Assembly: GCA_018303785.1 (NCBI GenBank) | Contig: JAGVXM010000035.1 | Location: 1-44,750 of the forward strand | Direction: 5' to 3' | Length of the DNA: 44,750 nucleotides | DNA from: Candidatus Pacearchaeota archaeon | GTDB lineage: Archaea; Nanobdellota; Nanobdellia; Pacearchaeales; GW2011-AR1 | Program-made: the position numbers and the translations under genes | Notes under the pieces: model-generated | What the model was told of the DNA's origin: nothing | The model's input: only the letters and a program-made list of their open reading frames with translations | The model's database searches: none | Part shown: piece after piece, positions 1 through 8,747 of the stretch | Layout of the letters: every line of letters begins with the position of its first letter | How positions within the stretch are numbered: position 1 is the first letter of the stretch

Positions 1-91
1 TGTATTTATACAGCTTTTTATGGTAACACAAAAATACAATTAAATAACAAATAATTAAAGAAAAGTTCTGCTTAATCTAAAATAAATAAAA

Positions 92-1699
92 TTAAATTAT
101 AGTAAAATTTCCACCTGTAGGTGCAGGTTGATTGTTCGAAGAATCATTTGCGTAAATAGTATAGGCGTATTCTCCAGCTACTAAGCCGGTAGTATTGAAA
201 ACATATTTGTAAAATCCAGTCGGAGCTTGTGAAGCACTAACATTAACATTATCCACTCGACAGTATTCAGTAACTGCTCCTGCAGTACATTCAAATCTTA
301 TTTTAAAACTAGGATTATTATTTGCACTTGTGGGCAAACTAAATGATTTTAAAACATAATTCGCATCATTTGCTGAATTGCTTACAGTCTCTTCCAATAT
401 TCTCCATGAGCTTCCATCAAACCATTTTGCTTTGAATTCATCAGCAGTATCTAATCCAACAAGTCTTCGATTATAACGCAACGTTATACCTTGATAGCCA
501 ACAGTAGAAATTGTCCGTTCTAAAACACTCGCAGGTTCAGTGGTTGATCGTGGCTGTGATTGAGCTGCATAAACTCCTTGAAAAGGATTGGTTTTATTTG
601 CAGTCCATGCTTGTCCGCCGGAAACTGCGGTCGTGGTCCACCCTGATAACGTTCCAGATTCAAAATTATCAAAAAATACCTTTCCTCCAGCTCCAAGTTC
701 AGGATTCATAGTGTAAAAAACATCTAATATACTAACTCGTACAGTATCAACTTTAACATTATCTGTAACATTTGCTTGTATAGTTAACAAACCCCCAGCA
801 CTCAAAGGATCAGGAGTATCTGTATAAGAATTAATCATCGGAACAATAGAATCATTAACAACAGGTTCTTGTCCTTGTGGTAATTCAGGCGGTTGTGAAA
901 TAGGTTGTCGTAAAATCCAATCAACACCAGTCCATAAAAATGGCCAGTCAGAACCATTATCATTTAATTCGTCACCAAAATTAGTTCCATCACGATCGCT
1001 ATCTTCTTCAATTTCAGGATGCGGACCGACTAATAATACTCTGCCAAATCCATAATTAAAACCAATAATGCCTGGTTGTCCGTCGGCAGATGGATTAGCA
1101 GGAACATTCCATGACGCAAAAGTTTGCATCTCCTGTCCAGTGTAAGGAATAAAATAAGGTTCACCATAATAAAGCACATCTTCAGTTGCTGGTTCATAAA
1201 CATTAGCTTCATGAGCTTGATTTATAGACATAGTTGTCATAACATACTCTGGCCATGGTGCAATTTCATCGATAGGCCCAATGCAATCTCCATGAAATAA
1301 ATTCAAGAAATAAGGATAATCTTCTCCTTCCCAACGAACATTGTCACATGCATAATAGGCGCCAGCACTCATTCCAATATATGCCCCACCAGCATTAATA
1401 AAATCCCGAATATTTTGATCGCCGGTTGAACTAATAGATTTTTTATAATTATAAGCCCATCCTCCAGGAATAAAGATTCCACGATAATAAGGGCGCAAAT
1501 CATTATGATTAATATCCCATGCACTTATTTCTTCATAAGTCAAATTTTTCCAGTCCAAAAATTTTTCAAATGCAGTAATGCTATGTTCCCAAGTGCCAGA
1601 GCCAGTATAAATTGCAAAGTCCTTATTTTGCAATGCAAAAATTCCAGGAGCAACAAATAACAAAAGAATAGCAAACACAGATATCTTTTTGTATTTCAT
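92..1699 (-). CDS. Secreted protein with an N-terminal signal peptide, a BPL_N / class-I glutamine-amidotransferase-like domain and a C-terminal MAM-like beta-sandwich
   Basis: 535-aa ORF with hydrophobic N-terminus MKYKKISVFAILLLFVAPGIFA. FIPGGWAYNY...GGAYIGMSAGAYYA fits the PGG...GG.Y.G.(C/S)AG.Y pattern of biotin-protein-ligase N-terminal-like domains. FDNFESGTLSGW...CRVDNVNV is MAM-like. TAA stop. AGGTG Shine-Dalgarno-like motif at 1704-1708. Confidence 0.55.
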   Translation of the reverse strand: MKYKKISVFAILLLFVAPGIFALQNKDFAIYTGSGTWEHSITAFEKFLDWKNLTYEEISAWDINHNDLRPYYRGIFIPGGWAYNYKKSISSTGDQNIRDFINAGGAYIGMSAGAYYACDNVRWEGEDYPYFLNLFHGDCIGPIDEIAPWPEYVMTTMSINQAHEANVYEPATEDVLYYGEPYFIPYTGQEMQTFASWNVPANPSADGQPGIIGFNYGFGRVLLVGPHPEIEEDSDRDGTNFGDELNDNGSDWPFLWTGVDWILRQPISQPPELPQGQEPVVNDSIVPMINSYTDTPDPLSAGGLLTIQANVTDNVKVDTVRVSILDVFYTMNPELGAGGKVFFDNFESGTLSGWTTTAVSGGQAWTANKTNPFQGVYAAQSQPRSTTEPASVLERTISTVGYQGITLRYNRRLVGLDTADEFKAKWFDGSSWRILEETVSNSANDANYVLKSFSLPTSANNNPSFKIRFECTAGAVTEYCRVDNVNVSASQAPTGFYKYVFNTTGLVAGEYAYTIYANDSSNNQPAPTGGNFTII

Positions 1700-1735
1700 A
1701 TAACACCTTTTTGTAACATAAAAAAAGATCTCAGC

Positions 1736-1743
1736 TATTTAAA
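1736..1743 (-). promoter_or_regulatory. TATA box (TTTAAATA) for the 92..1699 gene; implies a leader of about 14 nt carrying an SD
   Basis: The reverse complement of tatttaaa is centred 40 nt upstream of the ATG at 1699. This is one of the few genes here with a leader plus an AGGTG motif. Confidence 0.45.
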
Positions 1744-1767
1744 TTTTATTACAAATTAAAATATAAT

Positions 1768-2475
1768 TTACTTTAATTTTTGTGTGCGCATTCGTAAAAA
1801 TCCAATAAAAACTACAATAGCAAAAACAACGACAATAAACAACGTAATAATCGGATACAGCGTTAACAAATTCTTTCCGCCTTCTTTTTCTAATCCAACA
1901 ACATTCCCTGTTAATCCAACATTTTCAAAAACTAGATTATTATCTTCAGTCCCATCACTGACTTTGACTGTATAAACTCCTACCGGCGCTGTTAATTTTA
2001 TTTCTTTTGTTTCTCCAATTCCTAAAGGCACTAACGCTGTTTCTTCAAACTCTCCAATTAAAATTTGAATAGGTTTTCTATATGGAACATTACCGACGTT
2101 TTTTACAATAATGGTTTCACCATCCAAAGTAATAAGTGCTTTTTCTAATTCCATAACATTGAATAATTGCTTTTGTTCCTGACCATTATAAACTGCAATT
2201 ATTGCCCAATATCCTCGAATCGCATTATCCGGAAGTTTGAATTTTGTTTGAGCTCCACTCATTGTCGTACTTTCAGAAATTTTTTCCGTATAGAAATCGA
2301 CAATTTCATAATTAACCGAGTCGTTTAATTTGTTATTCGAATCGTCGTATAAATTAATAATAAATTCAACTTCGTCTCCAGGATTATAATTCTCGCCTAC
2401 AGTAATATCCAACTTTGCAGCAATAAGCAATTGCATACTTAATAATAATATCATACAAAACACCAACTTTTTCAT
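1768..2475 (-). CDS. Surface-anchored protein with a signal peptide, a beta-rich ectodomain and a C-terminal TM anchor
   Basis: 235-aa ORF with N-terminal MKKLVFCMILLLSMQLLIAA and C-terminal hydrophobic LLTLYPIITLFIVVVFAIVVFIGFL followed by basic RMRTQKLK. The PGDEVEF...GYWAIIAVY pattern is CARDB/MG2-like and similar in style to the ectodomain of the ATPase at 42855. Confidence 0.6.
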   Translation of the reverse strand: MKKLVFCMILLLSMQLLIAAKLDITVGENYNPGDEVEFIINLYDDSNNKLNDSVNYEIVDFYTEKISESTTMSGAQTKFKLPDNAIRGYWAIIAVYNGQEQKQLFNVMELEKALITLDGETIIVKNVGNVPYRKPIQILIGEFEETALVPLGIGETKEIKLTAPVGVYTVKVSDGTEDNNLVFENVGLTGNVVGLEKEGGKNLLTLYPIITLFIVVVFAIVVFIGFLRMRTQKLK

Positions 2476-2496
2476 ATTACTACATATTTATCCAAC

Positions 2497-2504
2497 TTTT
2501 AAAT
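2497..2504 (-). promoter_or_regulatory. TATA box for 1768..2475
   Basis: ttttaaat (rc ATTTAAAA) is centred 25.5 nt upstream of the ATG at 2475. Confidence 0.5.
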
Positions 2505-2521
2505 TTTTCCAGTGAAAACTA

Positions 2522-2529
2522 TTTAAATA
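2522..2529 (+). promoter_or_regulatory. TATA box for rnz
   Basis: TTTAAATA is centred 20.5 and 23.5 nt upstream of the tandem ATGs at 2546 and 2549. This argues against the TTG start at 2531 in the ORF track. Confidence 0.5.
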
Positions 2530-2545
2530 ATTGTTTGCAACATAT

Positions 2546-3466
2546 ATGATGCAACAAATAAAAATAATTTTTCTCGGAACTAGTCAGGCAATTCCAACAG
2601 AAACACGAAATCATACTTCAATTCTTCTCCAATACAAAGGAGAAAACATATTAATAGATTGTGGAGAAGGAACTCAAAGACAATTTAGAAAAGCAAAACT
2701 AAACATGTGCAAAGTAAATAAATTGTTAATAACACATTGGCATGGCGATCATGTTTTAGGCATTCCAGGATTTTTACAATCCCTTGCACTTAATAATTAC
2801 TCTAAAACCTTAGAAGTCTATGGTCCATTAGGAACTAAAAAATTTATGTATGAATTAATGAACATTTTTATTCCAGTTAATAAAATTAAGCTCGTCATAA
2901 AAGAAGCTAAAGGAACATTTTTCGAAGATGAAGATTTTTCTTTAGAAGCGATCCAACTTACACACACTATTCCGGTAAATGGCTACTCCTTTAATGAAAA
3001 AAATAAATTGAAAATAAAAAAAGAAAAACTTAATGCTATCTTAAAAAAATTAAATCCGAGCAAAGAAGATTTTCAGAAGCTGGATCTTCTCAAACAAGGA
3101 AAAGATATTTTAGTAAAAGGAAAGAAAATCAAATACAAAGAATTAACTGAATTAGAAAAAGGAAGAAAGGTTAGTTTTATTTTTGATACGGGCTATTGTA
3201 GTAATGCGAAAAAACTGGCGCAAAATGCTGACATCGCAATTATTGAATCAACGTATGCCGAAGAAGAGAAAGATTTGGCAAAACAATATTTGCATTTGAC
3301 GTCGGTTATGGCAGCCGAAATAGCAAAGGCGGGAAAAGCGAAACAATTAATTCTTACGCATATTTCTCAACGGCATGAATTCAAAGAGAAAAATTTGCTC
3401 AATGAAGCAAAGAAAATTTTTCCAAACACAAAAATAGCGCATGATTTGATGGAAGTTAATTTGTAA
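2546..3466 (+). CDS. rnz: Ribonuclease Z (tRNA 3' endonuclease, metallo-beta-lactamase fold)
   Basis: N-terminus MMQQIKIIFLGTSQAIPTETRNHTS is typical of RNase Z. HxHxDH motif present (THWHGDHVLG). C-terminal LILTHISQRH. The start was moved from the TTG at 2531 to the ATG at 2546. Confidence 0.9.
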   Translation: MMQQIKIIFLGTSQAIPTETRNHTSILLQYKGENILIDCGEGTQRQFRKAKLNMCKVNKLLITHWHGDHVLGIPGFLQSLALNNYSKTLEVYGPLGTKKFMYELMNIFIPVNKIKLVIKEAKGTFFEDEDFSLEAIQLTHTIPVNGYSFNEKNKLKIKKEKLNAILKKLNPSKEDFQKLDLLKQGKDILVKGKKIKYKELTELEKGRKVSFIFDTGYCSNAKKLAQNADIAIIESTYAEEEKDLAKQYLHLTSVMAAEIAKAGKAKQLILTHISQRHEFKEKNLLNEAKKIFPNTKIAHDLMEVNL

Positions 3467-3862
3467 TTATATATTTCTAAAAATTATCCAGGCTGCTTTT
3501 CCAGGTAATTTCTTCTGAAATCCGCTTTCTGCAGATAATTTAGGAAAATTTATCCAAGGATTCATCCAACCCCTCCTAGTCTTAATAAGATAATATCCCA
3601 AGGGATATTTATTCCCTTTAGTAAAAATTATCGTTCCATTTTCTTGTAAGAATTTTTTGTTTCTATCATTAACTTTTGCAAACTTATAAAATTCTTTTTT
3701 AGGTCTATTTAATACTTTTACTATTTTCCCGCAATAATATCCTCTAGAGATTGCATGATTTTTATTAAACAACTTTTTCGTTGAATCGTAAGACTTATTT
3801 AAAATTACAGCAGCACAAGCAATACCACAACCCATTAAATCTTCTTGAGTAACCGATTTCAT
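3467..3862 (-). CDS. Small papain-fold (peptidase C39-like) domain protein; function uncertain
   Basis: TQEDLMGCGIACAAVIL fits the Q-x5-CG-x-AC signature of C39-type cysteine peptidase domains, but no clear catalytic His partner was seen. The TATA-like tttaaaaa at 3885-3892 is spaced 26.5 nt from the second ATG (3862), not from 3868. Confidence 0.35.
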   Translation of the reverse strand: MKSVTQEDLMGCGIACAAVILNKSYDSTKKLFNKNHAISRGYYCGKIVKVLNRPKKEFYKFAKVNDRNKKFLQENGTIIFTKGNKYPLGYYLIKTRRGWMNPWINFPKLSAESGFQKKLPGKAAWIIFRNI

Positions 3863-3959
3863 TTTCATTTCAAGAAATCAATCTTTAAAAATCTAGCTCA
3901 CACTAGATATAATTTTTCAGAACAGAGACCGTGCCAATCAAAAATAGGTCAAAGCTCAA

Positions 3960-4214
3960 TCAATTTCTATCGCTTTTTGCAATACTTGCAGGCGATATAA
4001 AAATTATTGTGTCTCCTCTCAAAAAAGTCAATCCGACACTTCTTCGGTCTTCGCTTTCGATTATCTCTTTAGCGTTTTCCAAGACTATATTGATGTGAAT
4101 ATCGAATGCTAAAAGCGTGCCAACCATTTGGCGGTTGTTTTTGAGTTGTACCAAAACTTCCTTGCCTTTCGCATTATTCAAAACATCTAGTGGTCTTTCT
4201 ATACCGTTAACCAT
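3960..4214 (-). CDS. Sm-like (LSm / SmAP) RNA-binding protein
   Basis: 84 aa. Sm1 motif (VLVQLKNNRQMVGTLLAFDIHINIVLENA) and Sm2 motif (RGDTIIFISP). TGA stop. Confidence 0.9.
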   Translation of the reverse strand: MVNGIERPLDVLNNAKGKEVLVQLKNNRQMVGTLLAFDIHINIVLENAKEIIESEDRRSVGLTFLRGDTIIFISPASIAKSDRN

Positions 4215-4235
4215 ACACAGATTGTATTTGCTAAG

Positions 4236-4243
4236 TTTAAAAA
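4236..4243 (-). promoter_or_regulatory. TATA box for the LSm gene
   Basis: tttaaaaa (rc TTTTTAAA) is centred 25.5 nt upstream of the ATG at 4214. Confidence 0.5.
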
Positions 4244-4262
4244 CATTTCGCTGGTGATTCTT

Positions 4263-5420
4263 TTACTTTTTCGAGAAAATTTTCTCAATTTTATTTTTAA
4301 AAACTGAAAACTTTTTTTTCTTTATAGCTTCTTTTGCTTTCTCAATCAACTCATTCATGAAAAACAAATTATGATAACTTGCTAATTCTTTTCCTACAGC
4401 TTCATCTTCTTTCAATAAATGTCTAATGTAAGAGCGAGTATAATTCTTGCAGGCGAAACATTTGCAATTTTTATCGATCGGCTTTTGGTCAAAAGTATAT
4501 TGTTTATTCAAAATTTTTAATTTACCTTGCCATGTCAATAAAGACCCTCGCCGAGCAGACTGTGTTGGAAAACGAGAATCAAAACAGTCAACTCCTAAAG
4601 CAATAGCATCTAACATCCATAATGGATCTCCTTCCCCCATCAAATAACAAATTTTATTTTCAGGAACAATTTTTTTGTGAACGCGAATAATTTCTTGTTC
4701 CTGTTTTTTTACATCTTCAATATTCCCTCCATACAATTGTTCCGGCAACGCGACCCCACCGATTGCAAATCCGTCAAAATCGTATTTAAGTAATTGCTCG
4801 ACACAATGTTTTCGTAAATCACTATAAATTCCTCCCTGAGAAATTGAAAATAATAATTGCCTTCTTTTCTGCGGAACTTTTTTTTGTAAGCGGTCATGCT
4901 CTTTTTTACATCGTTCAGCCCATGCAACAGTTCGTTCAACCGCCTGCAGAATATCTTTTTTTGACTGGCCATATAATGGCATAGTATCAAGACACATTGC
5001 AACATCAGCGCCGATGTCTAATTGAATGTCCATATTTTTTTCCGGAGTCATAAAAATAGTTTCTCCAGAAATCGGATTCTTAAACCATACTCCAGAATCA
5101 TCAGATTTCAAATACAAATACTCTGAATACATCTGAAACCCTCCAGAGTCAGTAAAATTAACACCAGAAAAATTCATAAATTTTCCAAGATCTCCGACTT
5201 TTTTAATAACCTCTTTACCCGGCCGAAGCGAAAGAATAAAAGCATTTGAAATAACCGCTTTAATCTTCATTTCCTCAAGTTGTTGCGAATTGATAAATTT
5301 CGTTGTCGCTTTAGTTGCCACAGGCATAAAAAAAGGCGTCTCAATAGCTCCAGATTTTGTCTGCAAAATTCCTACGCGTGCATTTGTTTTTTTGTCTTTA
5401 TGGGTAATATTGAAGGCCAT
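4263..5420 (-). CDS. tgt: tRNA-guanine transglycosylase, catalytic TIM-barrel only (archaeosine-type context, no PUA extension)
   Basis: ARVGILQTKSGAIETPFFMPVAT, TDSGGFQMY, FAIGGVA, and the zinc motif CKCFACKNYTRSYIRHL (CxCxxC...H). The start was moved to the ATG at 5420 (MAFNITHK...) because the TATA box at 5442-5449 is centred 25.5 nt from it and only 7.5 nt from the ORF-track start at 5438. Confidence 0.85.
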   Translation of the reverse strand: MAFNITHKDKKTNARVGILQTKSGAIETPFFMPVATKATTKFINSQQLEEMKIKAVISNAFILSLRPGKEVIKKVGDLGKFMNFSGVNFTDSGGFQMYSEYLYLKSDDSGVWFKNPISGETIFMTPEKNMDIQLDIGADVAMCLDTMPLYGQSKKDILQAVERTVAWAERCKKEHDRLQKKVPQKRRQLLFSISQGGIYSDLRKHCVEQLLKYDFDGFAIGGVALPEQLYGGNIEDVKKQEQEIIRVHKKIVPENKICYLMGEGDPLWMLDAIALGVDCFDSRFPTQSARRGSLLTWQGKLKILNKQYTFDQKPIDKNCKCFACKNYTRSYIRHLLKEDEAVGKELASYHNLFFMNELIEKAKEAIKKKKFSVFKNKIEKIFSKK

Positions 5421-5441
5421 AAGAACTAGAAACAACATTCC

Positions 5442-5449
5442 TATTTAAA
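5442..5449 (-). promoter_or_regulatory. TATA box for tgt
   Basis: tatttaaa (rc TTTAAATA) is centred 25.5 nt upstream of the ATG at 5420. Confidence 0.5.
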
Positions 5450-5465
5450 TTTTCAACACACAAAC

Positions 5466-5473
5466 TTTTAAAT
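5466..5473 (+). promoter_or_regulatory. TATA box for the rhomboid gene
   Basis: TTTTAAAT is centred 23.5 nt upstream of the ATG at 5493. It lies in a divergent promoter region shared with tgt. Confidence 0.5.
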
Positions 5474-5492
5474 CATATTTTCTTAGAAATAT

Positions 5493-6047
5493 ATGGCAAA
5501 ATCAAAATTATTTTTTATATGGCTAAGTGTCTTTTGCATAATTGCATTTTTGTTACAAATTATTATTCCTGGATTCACAGATTTTTTTGTTCTCGATGAT
5601 CGCGCAAACAACGATGAAATATGGAGATTTGTAACATCAATTTTCTTGCATGGAGATATTGCTCATTTGTTCTATAATCTATTTGCGTTAGTTTTTTTTG
5701 GAATTATTTTAGAAAAGAAAATAGGTAGTAATAGATTCCTTTTAATTTTTCTAGTCTCAGGAATTTTAGCAAATGTTTTCGCCATTAACTTTTACGATTC
5801 AAGTTTAGGAGCAAGCGGTGCAATTTATGGAATTATAGGTGCGTTAACTACCATACTGCCATTTATGCTAATCTTTGCTTTCGGATTACCGATGCCATTA
5901 ATACTCGCCTCAATTCTCTGGGTTTCCGGAGATGTTTTAAGAACATTGGGTGCATTCGGCCCAACAAACGTCGGAACGTTGGCTCATTTAGCAGGAATTG
6001 CAGTAGGACTATTTATGGGTTGGAGCTATCGTAAAAAAAAACAATAA
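5493..6047 (+). CDS. Rhomboid-family intramembrane serine protease
   Basis: 184 aa with six hydrophobic segments. WRFVTSIFLHGDIAHLFYN, catalytic GASGAIYG (GxSG) and AHLAG (His). Confidence 0.85.
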   Translation: MAKSKLFFIWLSVFCIIAFLLQIIIPGFTDFFVLDDRANNDEIWRFVTSIFLHGDIAHLFYNLFALVFFGIILEKKIGSNRFLLIFLVSGILANVFAINFYDSSLGASGAIYGIIGALTTILPFMLIFAFGLPMPLILASILWVSGDVLRTLGAFGPTNVGTLAHLAGIAVGLFMGWSYRKKKQ

Positions 6048-6318
6048 ATAATTTTCCCAATAACAAAAGATTAATTGACGAGTCCTCAATAAGAAAGTGG
6101 GAAGATAATTTTTTGAAATAAATCTATTCAACTAAAAAATTTCCAATACAACTTTTTAGTTAAAAAATCGAGTGTGCGAGACTTAATACAATTTTATTAT
6201 TACCAACATTTTCCTAAAAAATTATCAATAAAATTACATTTCGGTATTACTAAATCCAGTTACTTCATCAATTTTTTCTTTGTCAGAATTTTCTGCCTCT
6301 TCCAAAGCTAAGGCTTCT

Positions 6319-7335
6319 TTAGCTAAAGCCTCTATTTCCAAAGCTAGGCAGATTTATTTTAAGTTCATCTTTTAATTCATTTCGTATATCTTGCTCGAAT
6401 TTTTTTCGCTGTATAATTTTTTCCCGAGCCTTTTCTAAACCGGATTTTTTCTCATCAATATTTTCCGATTGTTTCAATAACTCCAATTCCTTTTTCATTT
6501 CCTCAACATCCTCTTCTAAATCTTCCATAAAATGCTCCCGATTATCTTCAAAATGTTTATACAAATAAATCATAATATCATCCAAATGATTTTTCTGTTC
6601 TAACCATAACTTTCTTGTATTAGATAAATGAAGCAACGGAAGAAAAGTAGCTAACTTATGTTCCTTATCATTATTTGTCAATTGAGAATACGTTATTGAC
6701 TTGCTTGCTTGCATGATTGACAAAATTCGATTATGCAGTTCTTTTATTCTATCTTTAATATCAATTCGCCGAAATTTGGAAATATCTATCTGCAATAACT
6801 TGTGTGCATGTTTAACCTGAATCTCTCGTTTAATTCTTCGAGTCTCAGTATTAATTGCATGATTCAATGCGTCTATCAATTCTTGCAGCGTAATTTTCTT
6901 CAAACGGGGCAATGGAGTCTTAGGAATCAGTAAGGGAAGTTCATTTTCATCAATCTGAATCTTTTCAGCAACATAAGTCTTCTCTTCTTTTTTCCCAAAT
7001 AATATTTCATCAATGCTTCGAATATACTTATTCAATAAAAACTCAGATTTTAATCGTAATAACAATGCCGCAGCCAGAAGCACCTTACTTGAAACATAAA
7101 AATCCGGATCCTGCTCCAATTCAAATATCTTCTCAAAATATTTATTAGTTAATAAAATCAAATCTACATCCCAGGGGTCCAATTGCTCTGAATTGATAAG
7201 ATCATATATTATAGCCTGCCAGTCTGGTTTCTTGCTGGTAATTACATCGTATACCTGATTAGGCGTAATCTTCTCTTTAACTACGGCCTTCTCTTCTTGA
7301 ACATCATCAGTATTAAGAATTTCCTCAAACCCCAT
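6319..7335 (-). CDS. scpA: Segregation and condensation protein A (kleisin ScpA) with a long charged C-terminal tail
   Basis: N-terminal LINSEQLDPWDVDLILLTNKY (ScpA signature). Winged-helix region LATFLPLLHLSNTRKLWLEQKNHLDDIMIY. An extra tail of about 85 aa rich in Glu and Lys. Confidence 0.8.
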   Translation of the reverse strand: MGFEEILNTDDVQEEKAVVKEKITPNQVYDVITSKKPDWQAIIYDLINSEQLDPWDVDLILLTNKYFEKIFELEQDPDFYVSSKVLLAAALLLRLKSEFLLNKYIRSIDEILFGKKEEKTYVAEKIQIDENELPLLIPKTPLPRLKKITLQELIDALNHAINTETRRIKREIQVKHAHKLLQIDISKFRRIDIKDRIKELHNRILSIMQASKSITYSQLTNNDKEHKLATFLPLLHLSNTRKLWLEQKNHLDDIMIYLYKHFEDNREHFMEDLEEDVEEMKKELELLKQSENIDEKKSGLEKAREKIIQRKKFEQDIRNELKDELKINLPSFGNRGFS

Positions 7336-7357
7336 AAATAGGCTAATTAAGCAAAGC

Positions 7358-7365
7358 TTATAAAC
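7358..7365 (-). promoter_or_regulatory. TATA box for scpA
   Basis: ttataaac (rc GTTTATAA) is centred 26.5 nt upstream of the ATG at 7335. Confidence 0.45.
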
Positions 7366-7468
7366 TATTTTCCAATCGCACTATAAGTATAAATCGAGAA
7401 ATGGTATGATGTCATTAGAAAGTTATAACACACCGAAAGATTTAAATACAAGTTTTCCATCCATTAAT

Positions 7469-7612
7469 TATCACCTCTTTTTCCCCAGAAGAGCCAAGAC
7501 ATACTATTTTTGTATGACACCGGTTCTTCTAGGGTTTATAAAATTCTCAGTTGATTACATACTAATCCTGTCTAGAATCAGGCAATTTTATGCACAATGA
7601 GAAGGGGTGATA
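7469..7612 (+). ncRNA. Candidate structured RNA of unknown class (three-helix fold)
   Basis: Closing helix 7469-7482 / 7599-7612: 14 bp including 3 G-U pairs. Helix 7485-7495 / 7522-7533: 11 bp with 1 bulge and 1 G-U. Small hairpin 7567-7570 / 7579-7582. The G-U pairs would be C-A mismatches on the minus strand, which favours plus-strand transcription. It lies in an unexplained spacer of about 330 nt. Confidence 0.3.
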
Positions 7613-7728
7613 GTACTCTTCTTTTGACAATGCAGACGTATAACGTTTTATAAAAAAGAAAATATTTTGAATATTTACACAAGAATGAAGTTACAACTGA
7701 CAGTACTATAAGCACACGAAATATCTAA

Positions 7729-7914
7729 TCACTTTTTATTAAACTCTGTATAATGGCATCGCCCACAATAATTTCTACTTGTATCAATCATTAAAAAAAT
7801 CCCAGGACCGCAACGCGGACAATACTTTGCTCTAGTTATTTTGTCACCATCAATCTTATACTTAGTATATTTTTTCGAAGTAGGTTTATTTTTATCTTTG
7901 CCTTTTGTAGCCAT
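7729..7914 (-). CDS. rps27ae: Ribosomal protein eS31 (S27ae), zinc-ribbon
   Basis: 61 aa, basic N-terminus, CPRCGPGIFLM...CGRCHYT zinc ribbon. TGA stop. Confidence 0.9.
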   Translation of the reverse strand: MATKGKDKNKPTSKKYTKYKIDGDKITRAKYCPRCGPGIFLMIDTSRNYCGRCHYTEFNKK

Positions 7915-7935
7915 AACATACTCTCAGATAATTAC

Positions 7936-7943
7936 TATTTAAA
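7936..7943 (-). promoter_or_regulatory. TATA box for rps27ae
   Basis: tatttaaa (rc TTTAAATA) is centred 25.5 nt upstream of the ATG at 7914. Confidence 0.55.
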
Positions 7944-8084
7944 GGTTTCTTCAGAGATCCTATAAAATTTTAAAGGATTAACTGCCTGCTCGCTCATTCT
8001 GTTAAAAGGAATTAATAAAAATAAAAAACTTTGGCTGCTGAAAGCAACAAAGTTACATAACTACTTTCAGGCAATTAATCAATC

Positions 8085-8288
8085 CTAAACTCCAACTCCA
8101 TTAACTCGCAAATAAAAATGGGAAATAATTAATAAAAAAGTGATAATGCCCACAACCCATGCCAATTTTTTAAGAAATTTCTTTCGCTCAATAATCCATC
8201 GTTCTACTTCTTCAGCTTCCTTTTCTAATTGTTTTTGCAAAGGAAATAAATTTAAAGAAGAATTTTTTTTCCTGAGTCTTTTTTTCAT
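8085..8288 (-). CDS. Small tail-anchored membrane protein, hypothetical
   Basis: 67 aa with a basic/acidic N-terminal half and one C-terminal TM (LAWVVGIITFLLIISHFYL). TATA-like ttataaat at 8311-8318 is centred 26.5 nt upstream. TAG stop. Confidence 0.45.
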   Translation of the reverse strand: MKKRLRKKNSSLNLFPLQKQLEKEAEEVERWIIERKKFLKKLAWVVGIITFLLIISHFYLRVNGVGV

Positions 8289-8318
8289 CTTTAATAAAAG
8301 ATGGAGAAGTTTATAAAT

Positions 8319-8726
8319 TTAAATTTTACTGCGAACAGAATGTTTTGCGCCACACGCTAAACAATTAATGAAAGAGAAGCCTTTCTCCTTTATAATTTCA
8401 GTATCAGGTTTACCACATTGACGGCAAATAACAAATTCATTAGTATAGTCTTGAATTTTTTCATTAATTTTTTGAGAGGTGATTTTCCTCATAAGAATTG
8501 CTCGATTTTCTTTAATCATTCCAGGAGTTGCCAATTCTTTCATTAAGTATTTCAAAATATGATCTACATCTCTACGGGCATAAGAAGCAATCTGTCCCAA
8601 GTTTGTAAGTATAGTTTTATTTCCCTCAACATGACCTTCAATTTTTGGAATTTCGAATCTATCGCGAGTTTTCTCTAAAGGCTTTATTTTTGCATATGCT
8701 TCATCCAAAAGTTTTTCATATTCCAT
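8319..8726 (-). CDS. eif2b: Translation initiation factor aIF2 subunit beta
   Basis: 135 aa. YEKLLDEAY start. C4 zinc ribbon CRQCGKPDT...CLACGA, typical of the eIF2-beta/eIF5 domain. Confidence 0.9.
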   Translation of the reverse strand: MEYEKLLDEAYAKIKPLEKTRDRFEIPKIEGHVEGNKTILTNLGQIASYARRDVDHILKYLMKELATPGMIKENRAILMRKITSQKINEKIQDYTNEFVICRQCGKPDTEIIKEKGFSFINCLACGAKHSVRSKI

Positions 8727-8747
8727 GAATCAGGAAGAAAAGGAGAG

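Noticed and set aside
6130-6161. 9-bp A/T-only hairpin (aactaaaaa / tttttagtt) in the rhomboid/scpA convergent spacer
   Set aside because: It is probably a terminator-like or chance palindrome in AT-rich DNA, and it has no repeat partner elsewhere.
6299-6346. Short direct repeat tccaaagcta (6301-6310 and 6337-6346) at the scpA 3' end, with a start-less alternative frame (…EALAKEALALEEAENSDKEKIDEV) running past the stop
   Set aside because: The ScpA winged-helix domain is already complete well upstream. A 10-mer repeat is weak evidence, so this was treated as a minor local duplication rather than a frameshifted C-terminus.
7406-7600. 64-aa plus-strand ORF in the scpA/rps27ae spacer
   Set aside because: The composition looks like translated AT-rich non-coding sequence, and there is no motif and no well-spaced TATA. 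It overlaps the predicted RNA helices. It is not excluded, but it is not supported as a CDS.
7400-7728. tRNA, SRP RNA, RNase P RNA or C/D-box sRNA identity for the structured spacer
   Set aside because: I could find no cloverleaf with a T-loop GTTC motif, no GAGGAAAGTCC-type RNase P core, no SRP helix-8 GGAA/AGCA motif, and no C box (RUGAUGA) paired with a D box (CUGA). It is left as an unclassified candidate only.
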